44,104 nucleotides of DNA from Clostridiales bacterium. Lineage in GTDB: Bacteria; Bacillota; Clostridia; Saccharofermentanales; Saccharofermentanaceae. The stretch is from positions 1 through 44,104 of the forward strand of contig JAFWDK010000004.1 of assembly GCA_017513085.1 (NCBI GenBank). The letters are read 5' to 3'. Shown here piece after piece: positions 36,601 to 44,104 of this stretch (the first letter of the stretch is position 1; each line of letters opens with the position of its first letter). Under the pieces are notes generated by a model. It saw only the letters and a list, made by a program, of their open reading frames with translations. It made no database searches and was not told where the DNA came from. The translations under genes were made by a program, and so were the position numbers.

Positions 36601-39600
36601 TTGACAGTACACAGAACTTTGCTTCCTTCTATAAAGAAGACGGAACGCTGGATCCGGCTAACTTTACGGTTTACGAGCAATTGGGAACAAACGATTCCAG
36701 CGATAGAGAATCGTTGAAACATGGTCAGTTTCTCCCATATAACAAGCTTTCCGAGAATTATGCTGTAAAGAATCCATACAATACGCATGATGCTTTGCAG
36801 AAGCCTCTGCCGGATACTGATCCTAGAAAAGGTGAGAGACTCCTGTTAGTAGATGGCACGACTGACTACTATTTCGGCATGGAGATCGAGGCTAGTTTTA
36901 CACAGACTCCAAGTGGAAAAGATGACTGGGGTCATGACATTATCTATGAGTTCACCGGTGACGACGATTTCTGGCTTTATGTAGATGGTGAGCTGGTCAT
37001 TGATCTGGGTGGTATTCATAGTGCGCTTGGCGGTAGTGTAAACTATTCAACAGGTGAAGTGATCATTAATGGTCGCAAAACGAATCTTCGTGAGATTTTT
37101 GAAGAGAACTACAGAGCAAGAAATCAGAATTGTACTGATCAGGACGTAAGTACATACTTGGCAAACTACTTTGAAGGTGATGAGGTCATCTTCAAAGACT
37201 ATTCGCAGCATACAATGCATATCTTCTTTATGGAACGTGGCGCTGGTGCTTCGAACTTGCACATGCGTTTCAACCTTTCTTCGGTAAAGGAAGGTTCCGT
37301 ATTGCTTGGTAAGGAGATTTCCGGAGTGGACGATACAGCGTCGTACATGATGGATTATCCTTTCCAGATTTATTATGAAAAGAATACTGATACAGAAGGC
37401 GTGTATCAGGAAGTTCTTCTCGAGCCGGATAACAGCATTATCTCGGTGAAATACAAGGATTCGGTTAATGATGTTCCGTTTGTAAGAGATTACTATGATC
37501 CGGCCGGAAATTATTATCCGAAAGTCTTCCTGCTCAAACCGGGAGAACTGGCAGTGATCGATTTCCCGGATGAGGCGATTAAGTACAAGATCGTTGAGTG
37601 TAGTGTTGATACCTCTATCTATGACAAAGTCTATGCGAATGGTGCGTTGACCGATTTTGATGCCAGTGGTCTTACCGGACGTCAGGATATCGAGATAGAC
37701 TATATGGCATCAAAGGAACGTAATCGTGTCACATTTGAAAACCATGTCCGTACCGGAACAAAAGGTTCTCTCCGTTTTACAAAACACTTATGGGATGAGA
37801 CAGGTACGCAGGAGATTCATGATGATGACACTACGTTTAATTTCCGTCTGTATATCGGTTCGGAAAATGACTCCTTCGATAATCTGCCGATCGCCAATCT
37901 CTATAAGTACCATGTTCTGAACCAGAATCTGGAGTATTGCAGATGGGATTCTTCTACGCAGAAATTTGCATCTACAGGAAAAACGACCTTTAGTGCTTTG
38001 ACAGCGGAAGAGAAGAAGGCAGTTACATTTAGTACTTCAATGTATGGTGCCATCTCGAAGATTCCTGTGGACTATACGGTTGAAGTCAGAGATGTCACAG
38101 TGGGAACAAAGTATAAGGTTGAGGAACGTATTGCTGATACACCAGATGGTTACTCACTGAAAAACTACAAGTTTACTACTGATGCCGGCGCAGTTATAAC
38201 TGATAAGACAATACCATATGGTACGATTGTCGCTCAGGTAACCAAGCAGGTAGAGATCCATAACTTGAAGGGTTGGGGTCTTCGTGTTGAGAAGGACTGG
38301 ACCGATGCGGATTACATGCTTAGCCGTGATCCGGTCTTTATGGCTGTTTACTACATCAAGAGCAACGGTGAACTTTCCGCTGCTCCGATTGCGGATACAG
38401 TTCGTCAATTGCCTTATGATCAGGACGAAATGTACTGGTTCTTCGATCATCTTGAAGCCGATGCTGACTATACTTCGAATAACGGAAAAGTTCCTTTTGA
38501 GAAATATGTGGTCAGAGAAGTCAAACTGACAGGCAATTATACCGTTGATGCAAACGGCTACGTGACCGGTTATGATACGATCAGCCCGATTAAGGCGGAT
38601 GCTTCGGAGACATTCAGAGTCACCGGAAGACAAAAGGGAATGTCTATCGATGAGGAGTTTGAATACACTTCTCGATATAAAAAAGGTCAGTTAACCGGAG
38701 ACGATAACAACGTATGTATCGATACCATGATCAATAAGCGTAAGGGTATCGAGCTCTATAAGACTAAGAGAGATGGAACTCCAATCGAAGGTGCTGTCTT
38801 CACACTGAAGGATTCACAGGGTGTGGATGCCGGTGCAGCGACGTATACTTCTGATGCGGATGGTTTGATCACGATTGCATACTTGAGAACAGATGAATGG
38901 TATACATTGACAGAACTCCTGGCGCCGAATGGGTATTGTGTTTTCTCCCCGAGTGCAAGGATCATGCGAGATTCTTCGGATGGAATCCATCTTGAAGGAA
39001 ACGATGTAGAGACCGGATTCTTCGACGGTGGTGAAGCTTTTGTTCGTTACAATGTCATGAACACAAAGTTCGAACTGCAGTTCGCAAAAATCGATGCAGA
39101 GAGCGGAGATCCACTCGAAGGAGTTCACTTTGCACTTTATGCTCAAGTAACCGGCAGCAATGGCCAACCTCGTAGAGATTATCTGCCTATCCCGGGATTT
39201 GAGGATCTTGTTACGGATAGCAATGGTAATATTCCGGAACTGACGGCAGCATTTGATAATGGAACTTTGGGTCACGGCACTTATTATCTTAGTGAGATCG
39301 AACCAAAAGAAATGTATCGACCGCTTACCAAAGATGTTCTGTTTACCATTTCGGATCTTGGAAAAGTGCAACTTGATGATACAAACAATCCTGCAGGTGT
39401 CACTCTTGATGAGACAACATCGTATGACGCAAGTAACATGCTGATTTTGGAGAGCACGATTATAATTCGCAACTATGTCCTTGAAGAAAAAGAAGTGACA
39501 GTGAAAAAGATAGTCAGCAGTGCTTCTAACGGAGATCTGACCGGCGGTTCGGCCTTCACATATACTGCGAAATTGTACTATCCGGATGGCGTGAGACCCT

Positions 39601-41036
39601 GGGAATACACCAACGCCACGTTTACAAAGGGCCAGACTTCCTTTACGTTGAGCCACAACGAGACGAAAGTACTGATGGTGCCGTCCGGTGCAATTTTGAC
39701 TGTTGTGGAAGATCCGAATGAATGGTATACCACTTCGTATAAATGGAATAATGGTGCGACGACGAACAGTGATTCCTTCAAGCAGGCTATTTCGAATAGT
39801 GGAACACTAACTTACACGAATAAAAGAAACACGGTTACTGTTACTGTTACAAAAGCACTTTCTGATTTGTTCGCAGAGAACAACGATACTTTCGAGTTCT
39901 CATTCATAGGCTGGTATACAGACTATGGTGTACAGACAGACTTGGAGCCGTTTACGCTGACGCTTACAAAGAAGAACAACAAAATCGCCGAAGTCAAAAA
40001 GACTCTGACTATTCCTTATGGCGCTTCATTGCACATTGAGGAAGTGCTTCCGGCTGATTCTCCATATTCTTGTAGCTATCCTACTGGTTATAATGCCGTG
40101 GCGGATGGAAATAAAGCTCCTAAGTTTACAAATACAAGAAAGACTTGTACGATCGATGTTACCAAGACGTTGGTCGATGATACTGCGGTTGGCGCAGTAG
40201 CGTTCCCGTTCACGGCAACACTCTATAAGCCGGACGGAACGACGGTGCTTGCGGATTATGCAATCCAGGATGAGAGCGAACCCAAGACGGATGCAAACGG
40301 TCAGATAACATTTACGCTTTCTCCGGAGCATGGCGCAGAGGCACAAGTCAAGCATCTCCAGGTTCCGTATGGTGCAGTACTGAAAGTAACTGAGGGAGAA
40401 GCTGCCAACGGTAAGGAGTACACGACAACGATTGACGGAACACCGGCTCCGACAAAGAGTGCAACCAAGATGATTGGTTCTATTGATACATATACATATG
40501 CTTTCGTGAATACACTGAAGGCCGGCGATGATGTGAGCCTGACTGTTTCTAAGACGGTAACAGGATCTTTTGGTGACCAGTCGAAAGACTTTACATTTAC
40601 TGTCACGATCGGAACGGAAGCCGAGGGCACACAGTATACGTGCAACCATTCGAAAGATGGAGCAGGAGTGTTGACACTGGATGCGAACCACCAGGTGACC
40701 TTTACACTGGCGCATGGAGAGAGCATGTCGATCCTGGGGCTGCCGAAGAATGTACATGTTGAGGTGACAGAGGCACGTGAGAACTATTCTACGACCTGGG
40801 TACTGAATGGTGACGATGCGAATTCCGTAACCGGCGATGGAACGGCAACCGATCTGACGGCGGATGCTTTGCTGGCGGTAACCAATGAACTGAACGCTAT
40901 TGCTCCGACAGGCGTATCTTTTATCACGAAACCGTATTTCATCCTGCTCATGGGTGGAGCGGCACTTCTGGTTTTCCAGGGCGCTTCGCATCTGAAAAAG
41001 AAAAAAGAAGACGAAGCAGATGAAGGCGAAGCATAA
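33654..41036 (+). CDS. Giant sortase-linked adhesin/ancillary pilin with fibro-slime (PA14-like) and SpaA/Cna-B domains
   Basis: Long signal peptide; TEPS-rich region; FTGDDDFWLYVDGELVIDLGGIH and FMERG; KIDAESGDPLEGVHFAL and YYLSE; sorting signal IAPTG, TM helix and KKKK. Confidence 0.88.
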   Translation: MFKGKWIKLTRTYVSTVLTASLLLSLFPAGMLHSRTKTYFKPVSAYAETDPSEDEETTETSVDPTDETTTEPSEEITESTTESTTEPTDPSTVPSGEDTTVPSEEETTEPSEESISEPSEDPTEETTSESYTEPSEEPTTAEPSDPIETTQEPSESSSEETTESSAEPSETAGEPSESATDSSEPTEETTSEPSEETSTSTSEPSEETTTTDPTTESTSEPTEEPTTETTVPGTEPSEPEHYESATLKTTIADSQGKKYSFTATYTMDSGLPQDAELQVKEIKSGKSYNAYLEEAQAAVEGGDIEYVHLFDISIVKNGVELQPAEGTAVSISIRLEDTDTDDLSVVHFPEAPGNGSAEVIENSTKSNGQTTTVEFEAESFSVYAIIDAPAPETVTLTQVANQQELTEHYDDSMGFFISYGSTTYITSDLNSNSAFVETSNINAASRWYLEAASGTNTYYVYTKINGVKKYMYNSSGNLMALSDNPTTAFVISEAAAKKFYFKKSNENKWLQHSNGGKGIRLYTDNNTAANSQLSLTYVSSLKGAHDYYQLDGKTYSITYHEESVKGAGLMAHGKTVNSQQRLTAIELLVRPNALEDGELLVAKDSDLTDWTFECIDGSTYYITTMVGGTKKYLTLSGNNLTLEDTPTSNSQIAVKSGTGANTGKYSLSVGARALTFVSGSVANGFGSTSLGSYSWLSLAKKTTFTEEDFVIYSAEKVSVSDKEKVKNGDKIVIYTRVWNDTKKKYEFYIVNYDGTLIRCFESGDMVQWVGNDVNTALWEFTEYLGDDGNPNYYYELQNTYSGKYIAPQLLQNQVLSDEKLGINLNGRRYGYTYTTVLAWNDGSYGYSSLGTNNKHLAVMDMDNAESFFFAIIKPENVQGDLSTVDTVDHTQYGITMKMVDFNNTIISPSGNSTTDEQQHLFFGDSQYVQWVGVPGLLSTDLKANDYPDSTNTGRSLAELYANAIDVNHLFIENTYFSSGYYEFDSTQNFASFYKEDGTLDPANFTVYEQLGTNDSSDRESLKHGQFLPYNKLSENYAVKNPYNTHDALQKPLPDTDPRKGERLLLVDGTTDYYFGMEIEASFTQTPSGKDDWGHDIIYEFTGDDDFWLYVDGELVIDLGGIHSALGGSVNYSTGEVIINGRKTNLREIFEENYRARNQNCTDQDVSTYLANYFEGDEVIFKDYSQHTMHIFFMERGAGASNLHMRFNLSSVKEGSVLLGKEISGVDDTASYMMDYPFQIYYEKNTDTEGVYQEVLLEPDNSIISVKYKDSVNDVPFVRDYYDPAGNYYPKVFLLKPGELAVIDFPDEAIKYKIVECSVDTSIYDKVYANGALTDFDASGLTGRQDIEIDYMASKERNRVTFENHVRTGTKGSLRFTKHLWDETGTQEIHDDDTTFNFRLYIGSENDSFDNLPIANLYKYHVLNQNLEYCRWDSSTQKFASTGKTTFSALTAEEKKAVTFSTSMYGAISKIPVDYTVEVRDVTVGTKYKVEERIADTPDGYSLKNYKFTTDAGAVITDKTIPYGTIVAQVTKQVEIHNLKGWGLRVEKDWTDADYMLSRDPVFMAVYYIKSNGELSAAPIADTVRQLPYDQDEMYWFFDHLEADADYTSNNGKVPFEKYVVREVKLTGNYTVDANGYVTGYDTISPIKADASETFRVTGRQKGMSIDEEFEYTSRYKKGQLTGDDNNVCIDTMINKRKGIELYKTKRDGTPIEGAVFTLKDSQGVDAGAATYTSDADGLITIAYLRTDEWYTLTELLAPNGYCVFSPSARIMRDSSDGIHLEGNDVETGFFDGGEAFVRYNVMNTKFELQFAKIDAESGDPLEGVHFALYAQVTGSNGQPRRDYLPIPGFEDLVTDSNGNIPELTAAFDNGTLGHGTYYLSEIEPKEMYRPLTKDVLFTISDLGKVQLDDTNNPAGVTLDETTSYDASNMLILESTIIIRNYVLEEKEVTVKKIVSSASNGDLTGGSAFTYTAKLYYPDGVRPWEYTNATFTKGQTSFTLSHNETKVLMVPSGAILTVVEDPNEWYTTSYKWNNGATTNSDSFKQAISNSGTLTYTNKRNTVTVTVTKALSDLFAENNDTFEFSFIGWYTDYGVQTDLEPFTLTLTKKNNKIAEVKKTLTIPYGASLHIEEVLPADSPYSCSYPTGYNAVADGNKAPKFTNTRKTCTIDVTKTLVDDTAVGAVAFPFTATLYKPDGTTVLADYAIQDESEPKTDANGQITFTLSPEHGAEAQVKHLQVPYGAVLKVTEGEAANGKEYTTTIDGTPAPTKSATKMIGSIDTYTYAFVNTLKAGDDVSLTVSKTVTGSFGDQSKDFTFTVTIGTEAEGTQYTCNHSKDGAGVLTLDANHQVTFTLAHGESMSILGLPKNVHVEVTEARENYSTTWVLNGDDANSVTGDGTATDLTADALLAVTNELNAIAPTGVSFITKPYFILLMGGAALLVFQGASHLKKKKEDEADEGEA
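33792..34374 (+). repeat. Low-complexity (T/E)EPSE-like coding repeats
   Basis: Many degenerate TTEPSEE/SEPT units with varied codons. Confidence 0.8.
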
Positions 41037-41088
41037 TTGTGCTAATATATGTAAGATACTTTAGATAATACGAAAGTGAGTCGCGCAA

Positions 41089-42060
41089 ATGAAAGAGAGA
41101 ACACCTTTAGTTACCCACATTTTTACAGCAGATCCATCTGCGCACGTTTTTAACGGAAAGATCTATGTTTATCCGTCCCACGATATCCCGCATGACGGCG
41201 AGGATAACGATGATGGTGACGAGTACAGAATGGAAGATTACCATATTCTGTCTCTCGACAATCTGGATGCGGATTGCGTAGATAACGGCGAAGCGCTTCA
41301 CATGAAGAATGTACCGTGGGTCAGCAAGCAGATGTGGGCTCCGGATTGCGCTTATAAGAACGGCAAGTACTATCTGTATTTCCCGGCCCGTGACAAGGAC
41401 GGAATCTTCCGTATCGGTGTCGCAGTAAGCGATAAGCCGAAAGGTCCTTTTGAACCGGAAGAGAATTACATCGAGGGATCCTACAGTATTGACCCGGCTG
41501 TGCTCGTTGACGATGACGGACGTGCATATATCTACTACGGTGGACTCTGGGGCGGTCAGCTCGAGATGTGGCAGACAGGTAAGTTCGATGAGAACACACC
41601 GCGTCCGGTAGGAAAAGATAAGGCACTTGGACCGATGTTCGCCGAGCTCAATGACGACATGAAGTCTTTCAAGACCGAGCCGAAGCACCTGGAGATCCTG
41701 GACGAGAACGGTGACCCGCTTCTTGCCGAGGATGAGGACAGAAGATACTTCGAAGGTCCGTGGATGCATAAGTACAATGGACTGTACTATCTTTCCTACT
41801 CGACAGGTACGACACACTATCTGGTATATGGTACATCCGAGAATCCGGACGGTCCTTTCACATACAGAGGTCGCATCATGGAGCCGGTCATCGGCTGGAC
41901 GACACACCACTCGATCGTGGAGTATCAGGGCAAGTGGTATCTGTTCTATCACGACTGTGAACTCAGCAACGGCATCAACCACCGCCGCTGCGTGAAGTAC
42001 ACCGAACTTAAGTACAACGAGGATGGCACGATCCAGACTATCTATCCTTACGGAAAGTAA
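41089..42060 (+). CDS. GH43 beta-xylosidase/alpha-arabinofuranosidase (cytoplasmic)
   Basis: TADPSAHVF, MWAPD, SIDPAV, FEGPW, WTTHHS; no signal peptide. Confidence 0.95.
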   Translation: MKERTPLVTHIFTADPSAHVFNGKIYVYPSHDIPHDGEDNDDGDEYRMEDYHILSLDNLDADCVDNGEALHMKNVPWVSKQMWAPDCAYKNGKYYLYFPARDKDGIFRIGVAVSDKPKGPFEPEENYIEGSYSIDPAVLVDDDGRAYIYYGGLWGGQLEMWQTGKFDENTPRPVGKDKALGPMFAELNDDMKSFKTEPKHLEILDENGDPLLAEDEDRRYFEGPWMHKYNGLYYLSYSTGTTHYLVYGTSENPDGPFTYRGRIMEPVIGWTTHHSIVEYQGKWYLFYHDCELSNGINHRRCVKYTELKYNEDGTIQTIYPYGK

Positions 42061-42088
42061 GCGGTCAACGTCATTACAAACACAAATG

Positions 42089-42125
42089 AAAAGGGGCGTT
42101 TCATGATCATGAGACGCCCTTCTTT
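42089..42125. terminator. Bidirectional intrinsic terminator
   Basis: AAAAGGGGCGTTTCATGA-TCATGAGACGCCCTTCTTT between convergent genes. Confidence 0.85.
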
Positions 42126-42643
42126 CAGTTTGTGTCCGGCTTTTTCGATTCGCTTTCTCTAATTAGTTTCTCTTGCATTTTGAGAAGAATGATGGCATTG
42201 GCTTCAGCGTTCCGGATAAAGGGAAGTTTGACTTTCTTTCCGTTATACGGGTGGATGATCAGGTGCGCATAATGGAAAAGCTTCGTACCGAAAGTTTCGC
42301 GGACTTCCAGGTCTTTGATCTCAAGAAGTGAGATCTCGATCTGCCGGTGAGAGGGCAGGAAGCCATAGATCTGCCCGTAAAGACGGTATTTGGTTACGAA
42401 GATGAGTGTGCTGATCCGAGCTACCATGGCACGGGAAAAAGCAACAAACGAGAGTGCCCAGAATCCGGTGAAGAGAAGCTTCAAAGTTCTGGACAATCTC
42501 GTCATGTCATCAAAATAGAAACTTAGGAATCCGGTGAAGCAGGCAATCAGAAAATTGGCGGCTACCGGGATAAAAGAAGAGCGCATATAGAACCGGATCG
42601 AATTGTCTTTGTCATTTTGTTTCTCGACCGGTTCAAAACGCAT
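42125..42643 (-). CDS. Two-TM protein with bacterial PH-like domain
   Basis: Two TM helices, then IFVTKYRL...EISLLEIKDLEVRETF..KLFHYAHL pattern. Confidence 0.7.
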   Translation of the reverse strand: MRFEPVEKQNDKDNSIRFYMRSSFIPVAANFLIACFTGFLSFYFDDMTRLSRTLKLLFTGFWALSFVAFSRAMVARISTLIFVTKYRLYGQIYGFLPSHRQIEISLLEIKDLEVRETFGTKLFHYAHLIIHPYNGKKVKLPFIRNAEANAIILLKMQEKLIRESESKKPDTN

Positions 42644-42666
42644 ATTTCTCTCTCCTCAAACTGTGG

Positions 42667-43788
42667 TCAGGACGAAGCGCCTACAGTATTCCATATCTCG
42701 GTGTACTTTTCTTCGTATTCCGCAGAGGAATAATATACTTCCAAAGATGCGAAAGTCGCAGCGTCCGGATAGTAGCTGACGTTACCGGAGATCTCCGGGT
42801 CCAAAAGATCGCGGGCCGCGGTATTCGGAGTGGAATAGCCGACATATTCGCAGTTTGCCAAAGCAATTTCCGGGTCGTACATGAAGTTGATAAAGTCGTG
42901 CGCGCCATCAACGTTCTTCGCGTTAGTCGGGACACACATCATGTCGACAGACCAGTTCGATCCGCTCGGGAGGATAAACTGCATATCGAGATCGTCGCTC
43001 TTTCCAAGTTCTTCAATACGGTCGAGGATCACGACATGGTCGCCGGACCAGGCGACAGAAGCCGCGAGCTCTCCGCTGGCCATCTTATCTTTCAGGTTAT
43101 CTACTCCGAGAGAAGGAGAGATCTTGCTCTTCTGATCGAGAAGGACCTGCTTGGCGGCAGCAAGCTCGGAATCGTCCAAGGTGTTGATGCTGTAACCGCA
43201 GTAATTCAGTGCTACGCCGATCGACTCGCGCATGCTCTTATACATACCGATCTGGTTCTTATACTGCTCATCAAAAAGCACTCCCCAGATGACTTTCGGA
43301 TCGGTGGTGCCTTCCGGGATCTCTACGCGGTTGGCATCGTAGACAAGACCGACCGTGCAATAGAGGTACGGGATCGCATACTCAAGCATGATGTCCGAGA
43401 TCTCGCTGTCCTGGGTATACTTTACGGAGCGGAACATCGGATCCATGTATTTGGTAACATTCGGAAGCTTGGCCCAATCCAGTTCCTGGATACGATCCTC
43501 GCGGATGAGACGGGCTACCATGTATTCCGAAGGGATGATGACATCGTAGGAATTGCTGAGAGTCGGATACATCGACTCATTATCTTCGAAAGTACGATAG
43601 ACGAGCTTGTACTTCGGATATGCTTTTTCAAACTTCGTGATAGTATCTTCAGCAATGTATTCGCCCCAGTTGTAGACGACAAGTTCTTTTCGCGAATCAC
43701 AAGCCGTGCTGAAAACGACAGATGCTGCCATGACAGAAGTCAGCGCCAGGGAAGAGATGCGACGGGACAGATGGAAATGTTTACTCAC
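42667..43788 (-). CDS. potD: Spermidine/putrescine ABC transporter substrate-binding lipoprotein
   Basis: LVVYNWGEYI, YDVIIPSEYMV, WSGD, GSNWSVD, YVGYSTPN; lipobox STAC; GTG start after GAGGAGG. Confidence 0.85.
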   Translation of the reverse strand: MSKHFHLSRRISSLALTSVMAASVVFSTACDSRKELVVYNWGEYIAEDTITKFEKAYPKYKLVYRTFEDNESMYPTLSNSYDVIIPSEYMVARLIREDRIQELDWAKLPNVTKYMDPMFRSVKYTQDSEISDIMLEYAIPYLYCTVGLVYDANRVEIPEGTTDPKVIWGVLFDEQYKNQIGMYKSMRESIGVALNYCGYSINTLDDSELAAAKQVLLDQKSKISPSLGVDNLKDKMASGELAASVAWSGDHVVILDRIEELGKSDDLDMQFILPSGSNWSVDMMCVPTNAKNVDGAHDFINFMYDPEIALANCEYVGYSTPNTAARDLLDPEISGNVSYYPDAATFASLEVYYSSAEYEEKYTEIWNTVGASS

Positions 43789-43895
43789 TTTACGACCCTC
43801 CTCAAAAGCCAAAAAGTTTTCGAATCGCCCGCGAAGCACTGTGGCTGGGGGGACATTTTTGGTATTTTCGTTTTTTGCGAAAAAAATACCCAACT

Positions 43896-43967
43896 ATTAT
43901 AGCACATTCAGGCAAGAACGAGGGTTACTTTTATTAAATTGCGTTGAGATATACGCGATGGTATAAT
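43896..43967. promoter_or_regulatory. Divergent sigma-A promoters
   Basis: Minus strand TGCTATAAT (43896-43904); plus strand TTGCGT-N17-TATAAT (43939-43967). Confidence 0.6.
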
Positions 43968-44104
43968 TAAAACTTTCCCCATTCGCCGTACTATACAAAC
44001 CGGCGAAATTGATGCCTTTTGATACTTGAACAATAATTGTTCGCCAATAGTTCCTTGAAAAACAGCGGTTTTACCGCTTAAACAACGGTTCTCATGCCGG
44101 AAAA

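Noticed and set aside
43789-43893. 35-aa N-terminal extension of PotD
   Set aside because: The upstream TTG has no RBS and sits at the predicted transcript start; GTG 43788 has GAGGAGG and gives a normal lipoprotein signal.
38814-43902. Long antisense ORFs (280, 321, 291 and 334 aa)
   Set aside because: Shadows of the adhesin, GH43 and potD genes with no independent coding signals.

Overview
Chromosomal window from a Firmicute, probably a gut or rumen Clostridia (inferred from sigma-A promoters, GGAGG ribosome sites, class B sortase, ECF S-components and GH43). From left to right: (i) the 3' end of an AAA-type ATPase; (ii) an AT-rich islet (~826-7115) with a small secreted protein, a MacB/FtsX-type ABC transporter, two membrane-anchored XRE regulators and a second secreted protein, where the two secreted-protein promoters share a tandem ACA-N3-TGT box layout; (iii) pckA; (iv) a ~13 kb, almost entirely co-oriented array of small modification/detox genes (GNATs, MBL hydrolase, methyltransferase, HD protein, Mef-like MFS with an apparent leader-peptide attenuator, peptidase S51) that contains gene scars and two in-frame fusions (S51-NUDIX and GNAT-APH(3')) sharing a 12-nt junction; (v) a tandem cNMP protein, membrane proteins, a lipoprotein, an aldo/keto reductase, bioY with a BirA operator, a long inverted-repeat element and an ECF-S/PdxR-like pair; (vi) an FCT-like pilus locus (pilin, apparently inactive SipA, sortase B with an extra C-terminal anchor, 2460-aa fibro-slime/PA14 adhesin); (vii) a GH43, a PH-domain membrane protein and an orphan potD. 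No rRNA, tRNA, CRISPR array, integrase or transposase was recognised. All family calls come from motif recognition by eye, not from database searches.
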